A program made the position numbers and the translations under genes. A stretch of DNA of 64,000 nt from Cirrosporium novae-zelandiae (lineage: Eukaryota). The notes beneath the pieces are model-generated. The model did not search any database, was not told the origin of the DNA, and worked only from the letters and a program-made list of their open reading frames with translations. Positions 34,901 to 47,619 of this stretch are shown one piece after another. The DNA lies in NCBI GenBank assembly GCA_026023565.1, contig JAPETS010000014.1, positions 1-64,000 on the forward strand. Reading direction: 5' to 3'. The stretch's first letter is position 1. The number at the start of each line of letters is the position of its first letter.

Positions 34901-37900
34901 TTAACCCCATGTTCCGCCACCACCACCCCTTCCTTGTCTTTTCTGTGCCGACAATCTCCAATCATCCTCTCCAGCAAACCGGTTATGCAAAGGCTGTATC
35001 CTCTCGGCTTTCTTCCTCTTGCTCAGCTTGTCTGTTGGTGCGACCTTGAAAAATGTTGGCGCTGCTGCAACAAGCCATTTCGGCTCTATGGCTGTCGTGC
35101 AATGCATATACTCTTTCGTTGTCATCACCAAGGTATGGAATATAACATGTTCGGCTGGCTTGCCAAAAAGAGCTGAACTAGGGTGCAGGTACACGGGTGT
35201 TCCTTCAGTCAAGGTCTTATAACCCTCTTGTGGGTCTTTCCGAGCAGAGTTCCGGAAGAAGCCTGAGCAAAGTGCTTGTCGGACTTTGGTAGTGTTGCGA
35301 CCACAGGAAACAATGGAATGTTTATAGCGTTCCATGATTCCTAGCAATTGCGTCCGTACGTCTTGTGCACGTTTCATCTGCCGAGCTTGGATGAAGTTTT
35401 CATAGCACCACGGATTTGAGAAATGAGACTTCTTCCATCCATTATAGACATTAAGGAGGGTTAGATGATCTCCCGTGGGGTCATGGAATTTGGATTTCTT
35501 TTGATCTGCTTGCTGCTGTTTATCCTTGGGGCGGTAGAAGACAGTTTGGACAGACAACATTGCAACAATACTAAGCATTTCATCAGAGCAAGTCATGTCT
35601 ACTGATGCAATGAGGACCTTTGATAGTGCAGGCTCCATAGGAAAATCAGCCATTTTACGACCCAGACGGGTCAGGAGACCTTCATCATCAAGCGCGGAAA
35701 GAGCGTAAAGCTCTTCGAGGGCTGTAAGCATAGTGTTTGTCGGTGGCGGATCCATAAAGTCGAAATGAAGAAGATCATTGATTCCCATGGCTTTGAGCAT
35801 AAGAATTGTGTGAGAAAGGTTTTGTCGCTGAATCTCGGGAATGGTTGTGGGCAGCATCTCGGATTGATAGGCAGCTTCGGTGTACAAACGGAAACATTTT
35901 CCTGGCCCTGTTCTCCCTGCTCTGCCCGCCCTTTGCTTGGCTTGGGCCTGACTGATTGGGGTTACCTAGAAAAGTGGGTTAGTTTGATATTCAAAATGCG
36001 TTGACTTTGAGAAAGAGAATACTTACAACTAGAGAGTCCATTCCAAGCTTTGGGTCGTAGGCATTTTGTTTAACAAAGCCAGGGTCGATTACGTAGTAGA
36101 TTCCGTCGATTGTGATGGAGGTTTCAGCAATATTTGTAGCTAGAACAACCTTTCTGCTTCCTGGAGGTGTGGGTTCGAAGATACGACTCTGCATTTCACT
36201 GGGAAGGGCAGAGTAGACAGGTAAAATGATCAGTTCTGGAACATTAGGCCCAAGCCCCTTCATCCTCTCGTACAAAATCTCACAAGCGTTTTCGATTTCT
36301 TCTTGACCAGTCAAGAAAAGTAGAATATCACCCGGTGGCTCAGTGAGATGGATCTGCATAACTGTGATAAGTGCAGCGTCCATGTAGTCGGATTCCGGTT
36401 CCCTGGAGTACATAACTTCGACAGGAAATGTTCGTCCGGGGATTGTGAAGATAGGACATTTGTTGAAATACTCAGAAAACTTCTCAGCATCCAAAGTGGC
36501 TGAAGTCACAATCACCTTTAAGTCGGGTCTTCTTATTACAGTCTTCTTTAGCAAGCCGAAGAGAATGTCTGTTGAAATTGTTCTCTCGTGCGCCTCGTCC
36601 AACATAATGACGCTATATCGGCGTAGATCAGGATCGATCAGTACTTCACGTTGAAGCATTCCGTCTGTCATATACTTGATTTTTGTCTGGGGACTCGTGC
36701 AGTCTTCAAAACGGATAGTATATCCGACCTCTTGACCTAGCTGGCATCCCACTTCCTCTGCCACTCGTTTAGCCACGCTCATAGCTGCCACACGCCTAGG
36801 CTGAGTACATCCGATAATTCCTGCATTCCCATATCCACTTTCGGCCAAATACTGCGTCACTTGGGTTGTTTTACCACTTCCCGTCTCCCCAATCAAGACG
36901 AGGAGTTGATGTTCAGCTACAGCTTCCATGAGAGCCTTTCGAAACTTGAAAATTGGTAAACCTTCCCTTTGATCCTTAATCGACAAGGACGTCCGCTTGC
37001 CGAAGGATTGATTCTTATTTTGGACGACTCGTTTCCATTCAGGAACTTGATCGGTACTATTCATCTTAGCCGTTCGTAGATCAGAGGCAAACTTCCTTTC
37101 GGGAGCTAAAGGATCCTGCCATTGAGCAGTAAGGTCAACCTGAGCAGCCTCCTCGGCGGCTTTGTCTTGCGCCTCTTGCTGCTTTCGGTCACGGCGCTCC
37201 TTAGCAATCTGTGTTCCTGACATCGCAGCTCTGTTAAGAGATCCATCTGGTGCTTTAACAACACGAATGGGTGACAATTCGAGAGATTGTTTTGTTTGGC
37301 CAGCCAAGAATGGAGGTTCATCTTCTCGTACTTCAATATCAATATCTTCTTCTTGTTCGAATTCTCCCTCTCCATTGAGTGTCGCATTGTATTCTTCATC
37401 GACATCAGGATAATCCGCAGCAGATATTACACCAGAAGCTATAAGTTGCCTAATCTCCCATCTTTCAGGTGACGTCATGCGTTTCCTGGTACCTCGCCTC
37501 CCATTCATATCTCCTTCGATGACCGGAATATGGGAGCTGAGATTACCATAACGTTCATGTCCATTTCTTAGGCTATCCTGGTTCTCAATATTCGCCCCTG
37601 ATGCTATTCGTCTTGAAGGGACCAGGTCTCGACCGGTGATTTGATCAACTTCTTTCATAGAAAGGCCGATACGGCTGCCCTTAATAGTAGCAACCTTGAC
37701 TTTCACAGGTTGCCCTATGGAGACAAGATCGGAAGGATGATTCACTCTAGCCCCCTCCTGCATAGCAGAAACATGCACGAGACCATCAACTTTACCCTTG
37801 ACACCTCGTAGATTGACAAAGGCACCAAAATCTTTGATGCCGGTAACAACACCGTCGTAGATCTTGTAGATAACCGGCTGATCGTCCAAGACTTCCCTTG

Positions 37901-38513
37901 GCCCTCTCCTCTCATCATAGAGACTTTCAGAAGATCGCCGCCTCTTACGACCACTAGAATGTCGCGGCTCCGGACTTCGACCTCTTTTATGGCCATTCGA
38001 ATAATTTCTTGGTTCCGGACTCCGGCTCCTTTTGCGTGTAGTCTCCTTGTGCTTTCCAGCCAGTCCTTCAAGCATAGCAAATGTATCATCCAGCTCACCC
38101 AAACCTGCACTATTCTTGTTTATTTCTGCTTCATCTCCATCGTCCCATTTTGGCGCTTTGTCAGGCAAAGCTAGCCCCTTGAATATCCTCGTCTTCCTCT
38201 CAACATCATCGATCTGCTCCTCGTGGTTTGCCTTGCCATTTTCATTTTCGCGACTGTTGGCTTGTGATTTGCGTTTAGGGTGCATAGCAAGGACTAAGCG
38301 GTCGATGCTTTCGACGAGGGTTTGAGGGAAATCGGCGCCCGTCGCATCGAGCGCTTTTTTGAAATCGCCAAAGGACTCGCATTTTGAATGCTGGTCGATG
38401 ACGAACTCGGCGACGGTTTTATCGTTGATGCCTAGATGGTTGGATATTTCAGAGGTCACCTTGGAGACTAGGGAGAGGAATTCGAGCTTCTCGAATTCGT
38501 CAAATTCGTCCAT
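34901..38513 (-). CDS. PRP22: Pre-mRNA splicing factor DEAH-box RNA helicase Prp22 (DHX8)
   Basis: Exons 38513-36027 and 35965-34901, with a 61-nt intron GTAAGT..CTAAC..TAG. Contains an S1 domain (GIKDFGAFV), [27 protein letters not shown] and QRAGRAGR. Confidence 0.97.
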
Positions 38514-39158
38514 GATGCTTCGTTTGTAGATGACACCTCCGGGGAGGTTTCTAGTATGGAAATCGTCGGAGGCGACTGTACTCAATACGAAGGTTGGAAA
38601 ATAAAGTTGCGGGAACACTAAGCCCAATACGACTAGTGCCAGAGAGTATCCTTGACGCCTAAGGCATCAACGACTCAACTTCACTCGAGATTCTATCAGC
38701 CGAACTCGTTTGCCCAACTAAAGAATTTTCTCCTCCGCATCTATACAACTCTACAATCCTGATGACCACTGACAACCAACCTTGAAATTTTCAGGTGTAT
38801 AGACAAGTCGGCGATATAAACTATAAAATGAATTATCATCATCAACAGGTCGGCAAGAAAGCTATCCTATATATTTAGATTTTGAAATAAAATTTCTATA
38901 TTGTAGGTGCAGCTGTGAAATTTTAGTAGCAATTGAGGTGCATGTTCTTTTTCCTTGACCTGCGCTCTATCTACTTCTATTTAATATTCTATCGCGTAAC
39001 AAGTTGACAGCTCTTGTTACCATTAATACTGCCTTATATGTTGATAAATGCATCAAGCAGCATGATCTTCAGCTTCCATCCTTCCCACAACACTAATCAG
39101 ACCTATTACTAAGGTATAAAACTCTCAATACCACTACCTAAGCTGTCACTTTTACAGC

Positions 39159-39600
39159 TACTCTCAGATCCAGATCTACTTTCCTGGAAACACAGGTGCT
39201 GCGGTCATTAAGAGAGAGGTGTACATGGTGGATGACTTGAAGGCAAACCTTCTTCTGGGTATGGATATACTTGGACCAGAAAAAATTTCGGTTGATCTCA
39301 CCCACCGGCTAGCCATCATCTATTCATAGCAGAGTATTCATGGCAAAGTGGCTATCGACATCCATAGACTGAATAAAATTTTCGAGCCAAATGTTTACCC
39401 TTGCCGCATAGTGTAAGAGATGCGCAAACTGTTAACTACTAGGGCCATTAAGATCAACGAAAGGACGACTTCCAATCTTTATGTTACAGCCCGTGACTTG
39501 CTGGGTATTGATTATATCGGACCGTTCCTACCAATTGCGAAATCGGGAGCAAGGTACATAGTGATCGCTATAGATTACTTCTCAAAATTTATTTAGGCTT
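39159..39600 (+). mobile_element. Ty3/gypsy pol relic: aspartic protease C-terminal half close to integrase N-terminus/core
   Basis: REVYMVDDLKANLLLGMDILGPEKISVDL (retropepsin), then CKRCANC (Zn finger) and DLLGIDYIGPF..SGARYIVIAIDYFSKFI*A (integrase core). Contains stops and frameshifts. Confidence 0.85.
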
Positions 39601-40538
39601 AGAAGTGCCTATGCCGTGTCGCTTTCAACACCCTCTACCACTACCTATTACTTTCACAACCCAACAACTTTCTTAGCTATCAATGCAAGCTCAACCTTCA
39701 TTTCTACTATATCGCTATCAAGCTAGCTACAAAAGAGGCAACCACCCACAAGGGTTAACACTCCTTTTGCCTTGAAGTCAGGCCCCTACCTTACCCCTCT
39801 CTCTTTCTCTCAGGCTTATCTACGAGTGAACGAATCCTTTTTATCTATAACGAAGCCATTTTCACCTATGCCCTAACAGAACAAACATTGGATATCGACC
39901 GTACAGTACTTAACAATGACACCTACGACACCCTCCATCCAAACAATCATTTGTTGAAAGCTAGACACAACCCAACCAACTATTCCAAAAAAATCCACTT
40001 TCGTCTTTGTTCTAAGAAGATTCTTATAAAATACAAAAGATACTGCTAGAAGCTCTCTGTTTAAAACTTGTTGTATCCGTCATTTTACCGAAAAGGGTTG
40101 TTGAAACCTTTTTATCTCATTAACTATCTTTCAAGCGAACGAACCCAAAAGGTGAGGGCTTTGTCTATATAGAACCCTTTCGGTTTCAGCTTCCCTAATA
40201 GATAGATATATCACGCGCGTACTCCTTCCTGCTACCACCATCCCCCAATCCCCCCCACTCTCTCCACAATACACAAATACCTTCTCAATACACAACACCC
40301 CACCACCACATCCCCACAGCATCCACTTTCATTTTCAAGGAACCGTACATTACATAATCATCCTAAAGCTATTAAAGGGGGCAGGGGATGAAAAGAAAAT
40401 TAGAAATTCAAAAATTATGGCTATGGAAAATATTTACAAAATAATCTAAGATTTATATAACGATTTCAACGAAGAATAGATGATTTATAGGATTATCATT
40501 AACTTCCCAAAAACCGATATATTTTCTTCTTCAGATCT

Positions 40539-40573
<35 letters not shown>

Positions 40574-40574
40574 G
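40539..40574. repeat. (TTG)12 microsatellite
   Basis: Read directly from the sequence. Confidence 0.95.
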
Positions 40575-42066
40575 GCGTTCTGAACAACCTTGATTGGCTT
40601 GCTGGTTTGTTTGCTTACAGACTCAAAATATAACAAAATGGATATCGAAAACGTGTAGTGAGGGGGTGAATGAATCAACCTAGCCTCGATTATATATAGT
40701 CATTGTCATTGTCCTCGTCATCGTTATCAAGTTATTAAATAACCCATTTATATAACTTACCTAGGTTACCTTTAATACATTAGAGGGGTCCGGGGGGGGC
40801 AAACGTTCTTGATGAGATGATTGTCTCAGGACAATCAACGACCACACAAATTTGGAAAGGGTACATTTCGAAGGTTCCGACGCGGCAGAAAACATATTAC
40901 CACCCAAAAATGTACTGCTCTCAGATTTCATGGTAGCGAAAATCTTAGACTAAAAAAAATAAAAAAACACAGAATAATAGAAGATAAGTTAGTGGGTTAT
41001 TTATTTGGGGGCGGGGGGGCGAGGGAGGAAATCGAGGACCTAACACGGAATTCTAAGAATTGGAAAATGGAAGAAATCTACTCTGGGGCTTCAGGTTGGT
41101 TGGTGAGATCAAGGAGCATTTAGGTATTTAGTTAGCATAGCATGTTGATAACTGGATTAAGGCCATGTTGAGATGGGATATAGGGATTAGGGATAATTAG
41201 TTGATAAGGGGGCTCCCCTTTGGACGGAACTAGGATGGTTTAAAGCAGGGCAAGGTAGGAAGGGGTTCTGACTATAAGAAAGATTTATATATCATATATT
41301 ATATATCAATACCATGATCAGTAGATAGGCATAGGCATAGGCATAGGCATACTTTTCGTATAGCATAACCAAAAAATAAAAAAAAATAAAGAATGTATTC
41401 CACACTTTCCACACTTTCCACACTTCCACACCTTCACCCATCCCACCCCATCTCATCCCAATTGTTTTCCCCCTCACAGCCTCATAGCCACTCAATCAAA
41501 TCCCCATCTCAATATAAAATAAAATAAAAACTGAAGAATATATATATATATATATATTTTTTTTCTATAGTGTATGTATGTATATGGGCAAAACAGAGGG
41601 TGAGAGAGAGAGAGAGAGAGATGAAAGGATGGATAAATGGATATTTACAACATCCCTACCGAGCGAAGCGAGCCATAGAGAAAGAATAGAGAGAATTTTA
41701 CTATTATTACTACTACTGCATTAATCCAACCAATCACACCTACCTCCTCCACGTAAGGAATAAAACAAATATGATTAATTTATTTATTTATTAGAAATGA
41801 AAGAATTTATAAGTCGAAAATCTATCTGGGATATCTTATCGGAAGAAAGGAAAGAAGGGTTTAAGGAAATATATGGATACATACACGCGAACACATAGAT
41901 ATACAATCTAGGCACACTTTCCCATGTAAAAATAAATGTAATGTGTATGTGATGGGAATTTGTTTGATTTGTTCACTGAATTACTGGCTCACAAACTCAC
42001 GAACTCAAGGGTATACACATTCGCTGAACAGCTGTTGCACGCACACACACACACACACACACACAC

Positions 42067-43697
42067 TTACACGCTCTTCTCCTGCGCCTGCTGCTCCTCC
42101 TTTACCGGGGGCGTCATCGATCCAGACCCCTCACCAGAAAGGCTCTGAGGAATCCCCCTCGTCGGCTGCACACTCAAACTCATAGACCAATCCCCAATCT
42201 GCTCATCAAAGAACTCATCCAAATCCAACCCCTGAATCTCCGCCTCCTCACTCGCTCTCAAATGCATACCCGGAATATACTTCAAGATCAACAACAGCAA
42301 GCACGACACCGTGAATGAATACGCAGAGATGGATGTGATTTCTGCAAACTGCCGGCCGACCTGGATGCCGACGCCGTCGATAGCGCCCGAGGCGATGGTG
42401 GCCCCGTCGAGCGCGGATACGTATTTTGTGGCGAAGATGCCGGTGAGGAAGGCGCCGACCATGCCGCCGATGCCGTGGAGTTTGAAGACTTCGAGTCCTT
42501 CGTCAATGTGGAGCCAGTCGTTGAGGTCTTGGAGGGAGGCGCAGACGACGGAGGTGAGGAAGCCGATCACGGCCGCGATCCAGACCGTTACGTAGCCGGC
42601 GGCTGGGGTGATGCCGACCAGGCCTGCGATGGCGCCTTCGCAGGCGCCGACGACGGAGAATTTGCCGTTGTGGCGGATCATGTCGACCATTACCCAGCCG
42701 ATTACGCCGAAGGAGGCGGCGGTGTTGGTGTTGAAGGCGGCCATCATGGCGCGAATTGTTGCGTTGAGGGCTGAACCTCCCTGTTTGGTGGAGTTAGTGG
42801 CGAGGCCTGAATTGTGGGAGTCCTGTGGACCGAGGCTCTTGCTTACATTGAATCCGAACCATCCGAACCAGATAAGTACAGTACCCAAGAAAACTAGGGT
42901 TGTATTGTGTTTCATACCATGGTGCTTATGCTCATGGCCGTGATGCGTTCTCTTCCCCAAAACTAAAGCATAGGCCAAAGCAGCCCAGCCACTTGCAATG
43001 TGTACAGGCCCTCCCCCAGCAAAATCCAGAGAAGGGAGATTGTAGAGCCATCCATTGGAATTCCAGGTCCAACAAGCGATCGGACAATACACAATAGTGG
43101 CCCACCAGAACCCGAAGATGAGTGATGGGATGATTCTTCCTCGTTCAAAGGAGCCTCCAACAACGATTTGTACGGTGCAGGCGCAAAATAGCAACTGATA
43201 AAGGCAGAAGACAATATCTGGGATATATGCAGAACCTGTGCTCGGGGCTGCAGAAACGCCCCTCAGGACGAAGTTGGCCATATCACCGATGAACGGGCCC
43301 GCCGTGCGGGAGTATGCAAGGGAAAAGCCCCAGAACATCCATTGGAATGTGGTTCTTATGTTTGTGTCAAAATCTAGACGGGTTGTATAGGAAGGCTAAT
43401 GAACTTACACTGCACCGACGAGCAGGGACTGGAAGAGAAGTGCAAGTGCACTCTTCCTCCTTGCCATTCCTCCATAAAGAAGGCCGATACCGGGAATAAT
43501 CAACCACACGATGAAACCCAAAATGACAATGTAAACGTAGTGGAATTCATTTCCAGCATATTGGGCATTGATATCAACCTCCAGCGGATTGCCGCCGTTT
43601 GGCTCTGAGGCGTTATAGACAGGCTACTTCTCAGTTAGCAAAGGCGTACAATCAAAATAAAAAGAACGTCGGCCTCGAAACTTACAGCACTGCTCAT
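42067..43697 (-). CDS. Ammonium transporter (Amt/MEP family)
   Basis: Exons 43697-43686, 43623-43409, 43354-42847 and 42780-42067. Motifs FQWMFWGFSL, ERGR, LDFAGGGPVHIASG, WFGWFGFN|GGS, GAIAGLVGITPAAG and HGIGG. Confidence 0.95.
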
Positions 43698-43817
43698 CTT
43701 GTTCAATTGTAATGATGGATCCCGTACTGAGAATCAATACACGCGAGATCCGGGAACCGCGGTTTATATGGAGCACGGATTTCATTTGGGATAGCCATCG
43801 TGCAAGAAGGAATTGAC

Positions 43818-44307
43818 CTTATCAGGACAATGAATGGATTAATTGGGTAATTACAAAAAAAGATGAAATAGAGCGGTCCGTGGCCTCATGCCCAGAGTCT
43901 TATGTAGACTTGGCGGAGCTTGAAACTTGATGGATTATTGATAAATGATTTGATATCTGTAGGGTCGTTGATAAGAAGAAGTTGATGGAATTTCGACCCA
44001 TTTCTGGTAACAAGAGTACAGTCGATGCCGAACGGTAACACCTTTGATTGGCCATCTAATCAGCAATCTGGGTCTAAATTGTGGATCCAGATGTTTGGCG
44101 GCTTCTGGTGGCTTTGGGTGACTTTTTGGCCACACCCACTTGTGGGGCAAACCAGGGACCAGCAAATCCAATCTTCATATCAAATTTCCTCCAAATACTT
44201 GAGTATAAATCAACAATAGCCTACCTTCACTTGACCTGGTTCTAAATCGGTCAATCAAGGGTGAAGAACAGAAAATAGCTGGGGTTATGATAAGTATCCG
44301 GGATAAC
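43818..44307. promoter_or_regulatory. Cluster of GATA sites upstream of the ammonium transporter (putative AreA/NIT2 sites)
   Basis: CTTATC at 43818, GATAAA at 43940, GATAAG at 43970, GATAAG at 44289 and GATAAC at 44302. MEP genes are established targets of nitrogen GATA factors. Confidence 0.55.
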
Positions 44308-44429
44308 CGACCGGGCTGACTCGCATCAACACAAGACATCGTAAATAAAACACGCCAAGGAATCCTCAGGCCCATTTGAAAGTTAAACCGCCATTAAGCA
44401 ATTAATGTCTTAGTATATCATACAACATG

Positions 44430-46956
44430 TTACAGCCGCGACTGTGTTTGCAGCGCTTTTCGCCTTCTCTTTTGCGGCGGTGATGGTACAGGTTTCTCCT
44501 CTATTGGAGAAGTAGCTGCCTCAGCAAAAAGATGCCGGCCAACTCGGTCTGCAAGTCTCAGTACACGCGAACTTACCGTGGCACCATCTCGACGGTTTTT
44601 GCTGGCCAAACTTAGCGAGAAAAATATAATCAATATAGAAAATAACTTACCCTTCTCTTCTGGATTGAGCAATTCGTTCGGTGAAATCCCACAGCTTGCC
44701 CTCTGCGATTATCCTCCCGTCTTCTCCCCTCTTTGGAATCCACTCCGAAGCCAGTTTGATGGTGGTTGGGGCTTTGATGGTCTTCGCCTGGGCCACAATT
44801 ACCATACTCTCTTCGATGAATCTATATTAAATATTGTTAGCCCCTCTTAACATGCGAAAAAAGGCTATGGTGTTAATCAGAACTTACCGTTGGTATGCAT
44901 TCTTGAGAGTTTCAGAATTAACTGCTTCAAAATAGGATACATCTCCTTGATGATACAATGTCTTCCCTAGAAGCTGAGAGGTAGCCTGTACAGTCTTGTT
45001 ATCAAGCCATTTTTCCGCATCTTCAGGTGTTGGAGGAGTAAGAGTGAAGAGGGATACTGTTCCAAGCCAAGACGCTTCAATAAATGGCCAGACCAGGAAG
45101 CAGTAAAAATCGTAGTTCTCTCTGCCTCTGGCACGCTCTTCATCACTGAGGTCTACTGATCCGATAGCGCCATTATGATCATAATTCAACTTCACCACTT
45201 TATCTCTTTCAAGGCCCTTGAGTGTATTCTCAAGATTAGCAGCCAATCCAGCTGATGGGAATATGAACTCGTTGCGTAATAGCTGTGAGAGGAAATAGCT
45301 TTGATCATAAAGTGCCTCATAAGACATTTCCTGATTAGGTCCACCCTGCTTAACCTTTGTGTAGAGAGCAGTCGAGACAACAGCTTCGGAGACAAACAAG
45401 TGGATGCATGCATTGCGGTAGAAGCTGAGCTGGAAGCGGTCCACAGCGTAAAACGTTTCTTCGGCCAGATCTGGAATTCTACCGACCAAACTGGGTCCAA
45501 GTACTTCGATGGCCCTGGTCACCACAGCATCGGTTGGTAGACCTCCAAAATGTGCGACTCGACCACCTTTGGACTTGATACGTTCACTCAACCAATCGAC
45601 CCTCCGATCAAGTTCGCTTCTCCCGACACCACGTCCACGTAATGTAAGCAGCACAGTACCAACGAGTGCGGTGGGCATGACTACGGCTACTGAATTTATA
45701 TCAGCTAGCACTCTGTACCCAAGGGTTGTGAGAAGACGAGTTCCGCTAGGGTCTGCACGAGACTTGGTTGCTTTCTGCGGATTATTGCTCATGCGTTGTT
45801 GCTCGCGATCAATGAAAGATTTTAGACTCCACGGCTCATGGAAACGGACATCCACACGACCTAATTTGAGAGACAAGACCGAAGAGGCAGAAAGAAAATC
45901 TCGAAGGTTCTCTTTCTGTTTCGGTTGGCCAAGGAGCTCATTAACATAGCCATCTACCTCAATAACTTTGTCGTATTGGGTTGAAACAGGACAAAAGTAG
46001 ACATCGTTAACACGGCCAGACAGTACGCTGTCAAGAATAAATCCAATAATCCCAAACTTCGGTCCCAATAACTTTCCTGTCCTTGATCGACCCCCTTCAA
46101 TGAAGCATTCTATATTATAGCCATTTTGTAGTATGGTATCAACGTAGCTTTGCACCAACGTATGGTACAGAGCATCGTTCCCAAAACTTCGCCTTATCCA
46201 CATGGCCCCAGCGTGCTGCAGAAACGGACCGACGAGAGGAAATCGTAAATTATCACCAGCGACCACGACGGGCAACCCAATCCCAAGCCGGTACATGATA
46301 ATCTGGAGACTAACATAGTCCACATGTGATCTATGTGATGGTAAAAAAACAATGGAAGTTTTTGTCTTTGCAGCTTGTTCAGCAACTGCTCTCAAACGAA
46401 GAATTTCCTCGCTGTTGACATGGATGCCTTGATGATAAGCCCGACAAAGCAACTGCGTGCACATATAAAAGGCTGATCTGATAAATGCCTTGCTTTCCAT
46501 TTTACAAATCATGTCATCTGTCATTTTCTCAACGAGCTCTTGTAAACTCTGTTCTATTTCTCTCTTTCTTTTATCCCTCTTTTTCTCAAAGCCACTATTT
46601 TTGGGACCTAGCATACCAGAATTCCCCTCTGTTTCAACTCTTCGTTCAGCCAAATATTGGATCTTTTCTTTGAGCATTGGAGTTGCCATAACCATGTTCT
46701 TCATTCTTTCCGAGTATCCAGCGTAAAAGATTGGTTGCCCCACGACATTCTCATAAGCTCGCCATCCGGTTCCTGAAACATAAAGACTGACGTCACGGAG
46801 GAATTCAAAGGGCGATTGACGAAATCGAGCGCCGTCGACCAGACTCCGCTCGGAGGAGTCATCGTGGGGCTTTTCCGTGAATCCTGGAGGATGGATAGTA
46901 ACTTGTGATCCAAAGATTTCAAGGTCCGGTGCGGTGGGAGTATCAGTGGATGGCAT
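44430..46956 (-). CDS. Glycerol-3-phosphate/dihydroxyacetone-phosphate acyltransferase (GNPAT/PlsB-like) with PTS1
   Basis: Exons 46956-44888, 44821-44651 and 44601-44430. Motifs FLPSHRSHVDY (HxxxxD), GAMWIRR and FIEGGRSRTGK. The spliced C-terminus ends QSRL*. Confidence 0.9.
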
Positions 46957-47619
46957 GGTGAACTTGATGCCTGCAGATAAATAAGTCTACCAGCACCCAG
47001 ATGAAGCACTCGGTTAAAATGAGATATTTTGTGGCTATCGTACTCCCATATTGAACCAGTATATAGAAATGAGTAAGGATATTATCTCCCTTGCTGGGTA
47101 TTAGATTTGATTGGACTTTAGGAGTTGCTAGCTGCCATCAACAAAGCCGACGGCTTTACCCCACACTTCACTAATGCTTTAGCCCCTTGGCCCGAACTCT
47201 TGAGGCTTCGATTAAATGCTTCCCAGCCCAACAGTGCCAATTTCACTCTTGCCAATGGCTACAGCATTAATACTCGAAGTACAGACTCTTACTAGGAAAA
47301 TTAATTGTATTAGTCTAGTGACTAGTTGATAATATCTAGTTGCGTGACAGCACAAGGTGCTAGTTTTATGTATCTTTAAGATGTTGTATGGAAGCTTCAT
47401 CCAAACACCCTCGCTATTCAGGTACAAGAATAAAATATATAAAAAGAATATTATAGAAAATCGATAGGAAATGCCAAAGCTTTCGAGTGATATCGATATA
47501 GTCCCTTACCAACCCTGTATCAATCTATGAAATGTCTGGGCCATATCCAATCATTTCCAGAGAACAATCGTTGTGAGGTAATGTCATAAAAAGATCGGCT
47601 CCTTCCCACCTGTCTAACA

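Noticed and set aside
38514..38627. N-terminal extension of Prp22 in the ORF track
   Set aside because: It starts at TTG and looks non-conserved. Prp22-like sequence begins at ATG 38513 ([19 protein letters not shown]).
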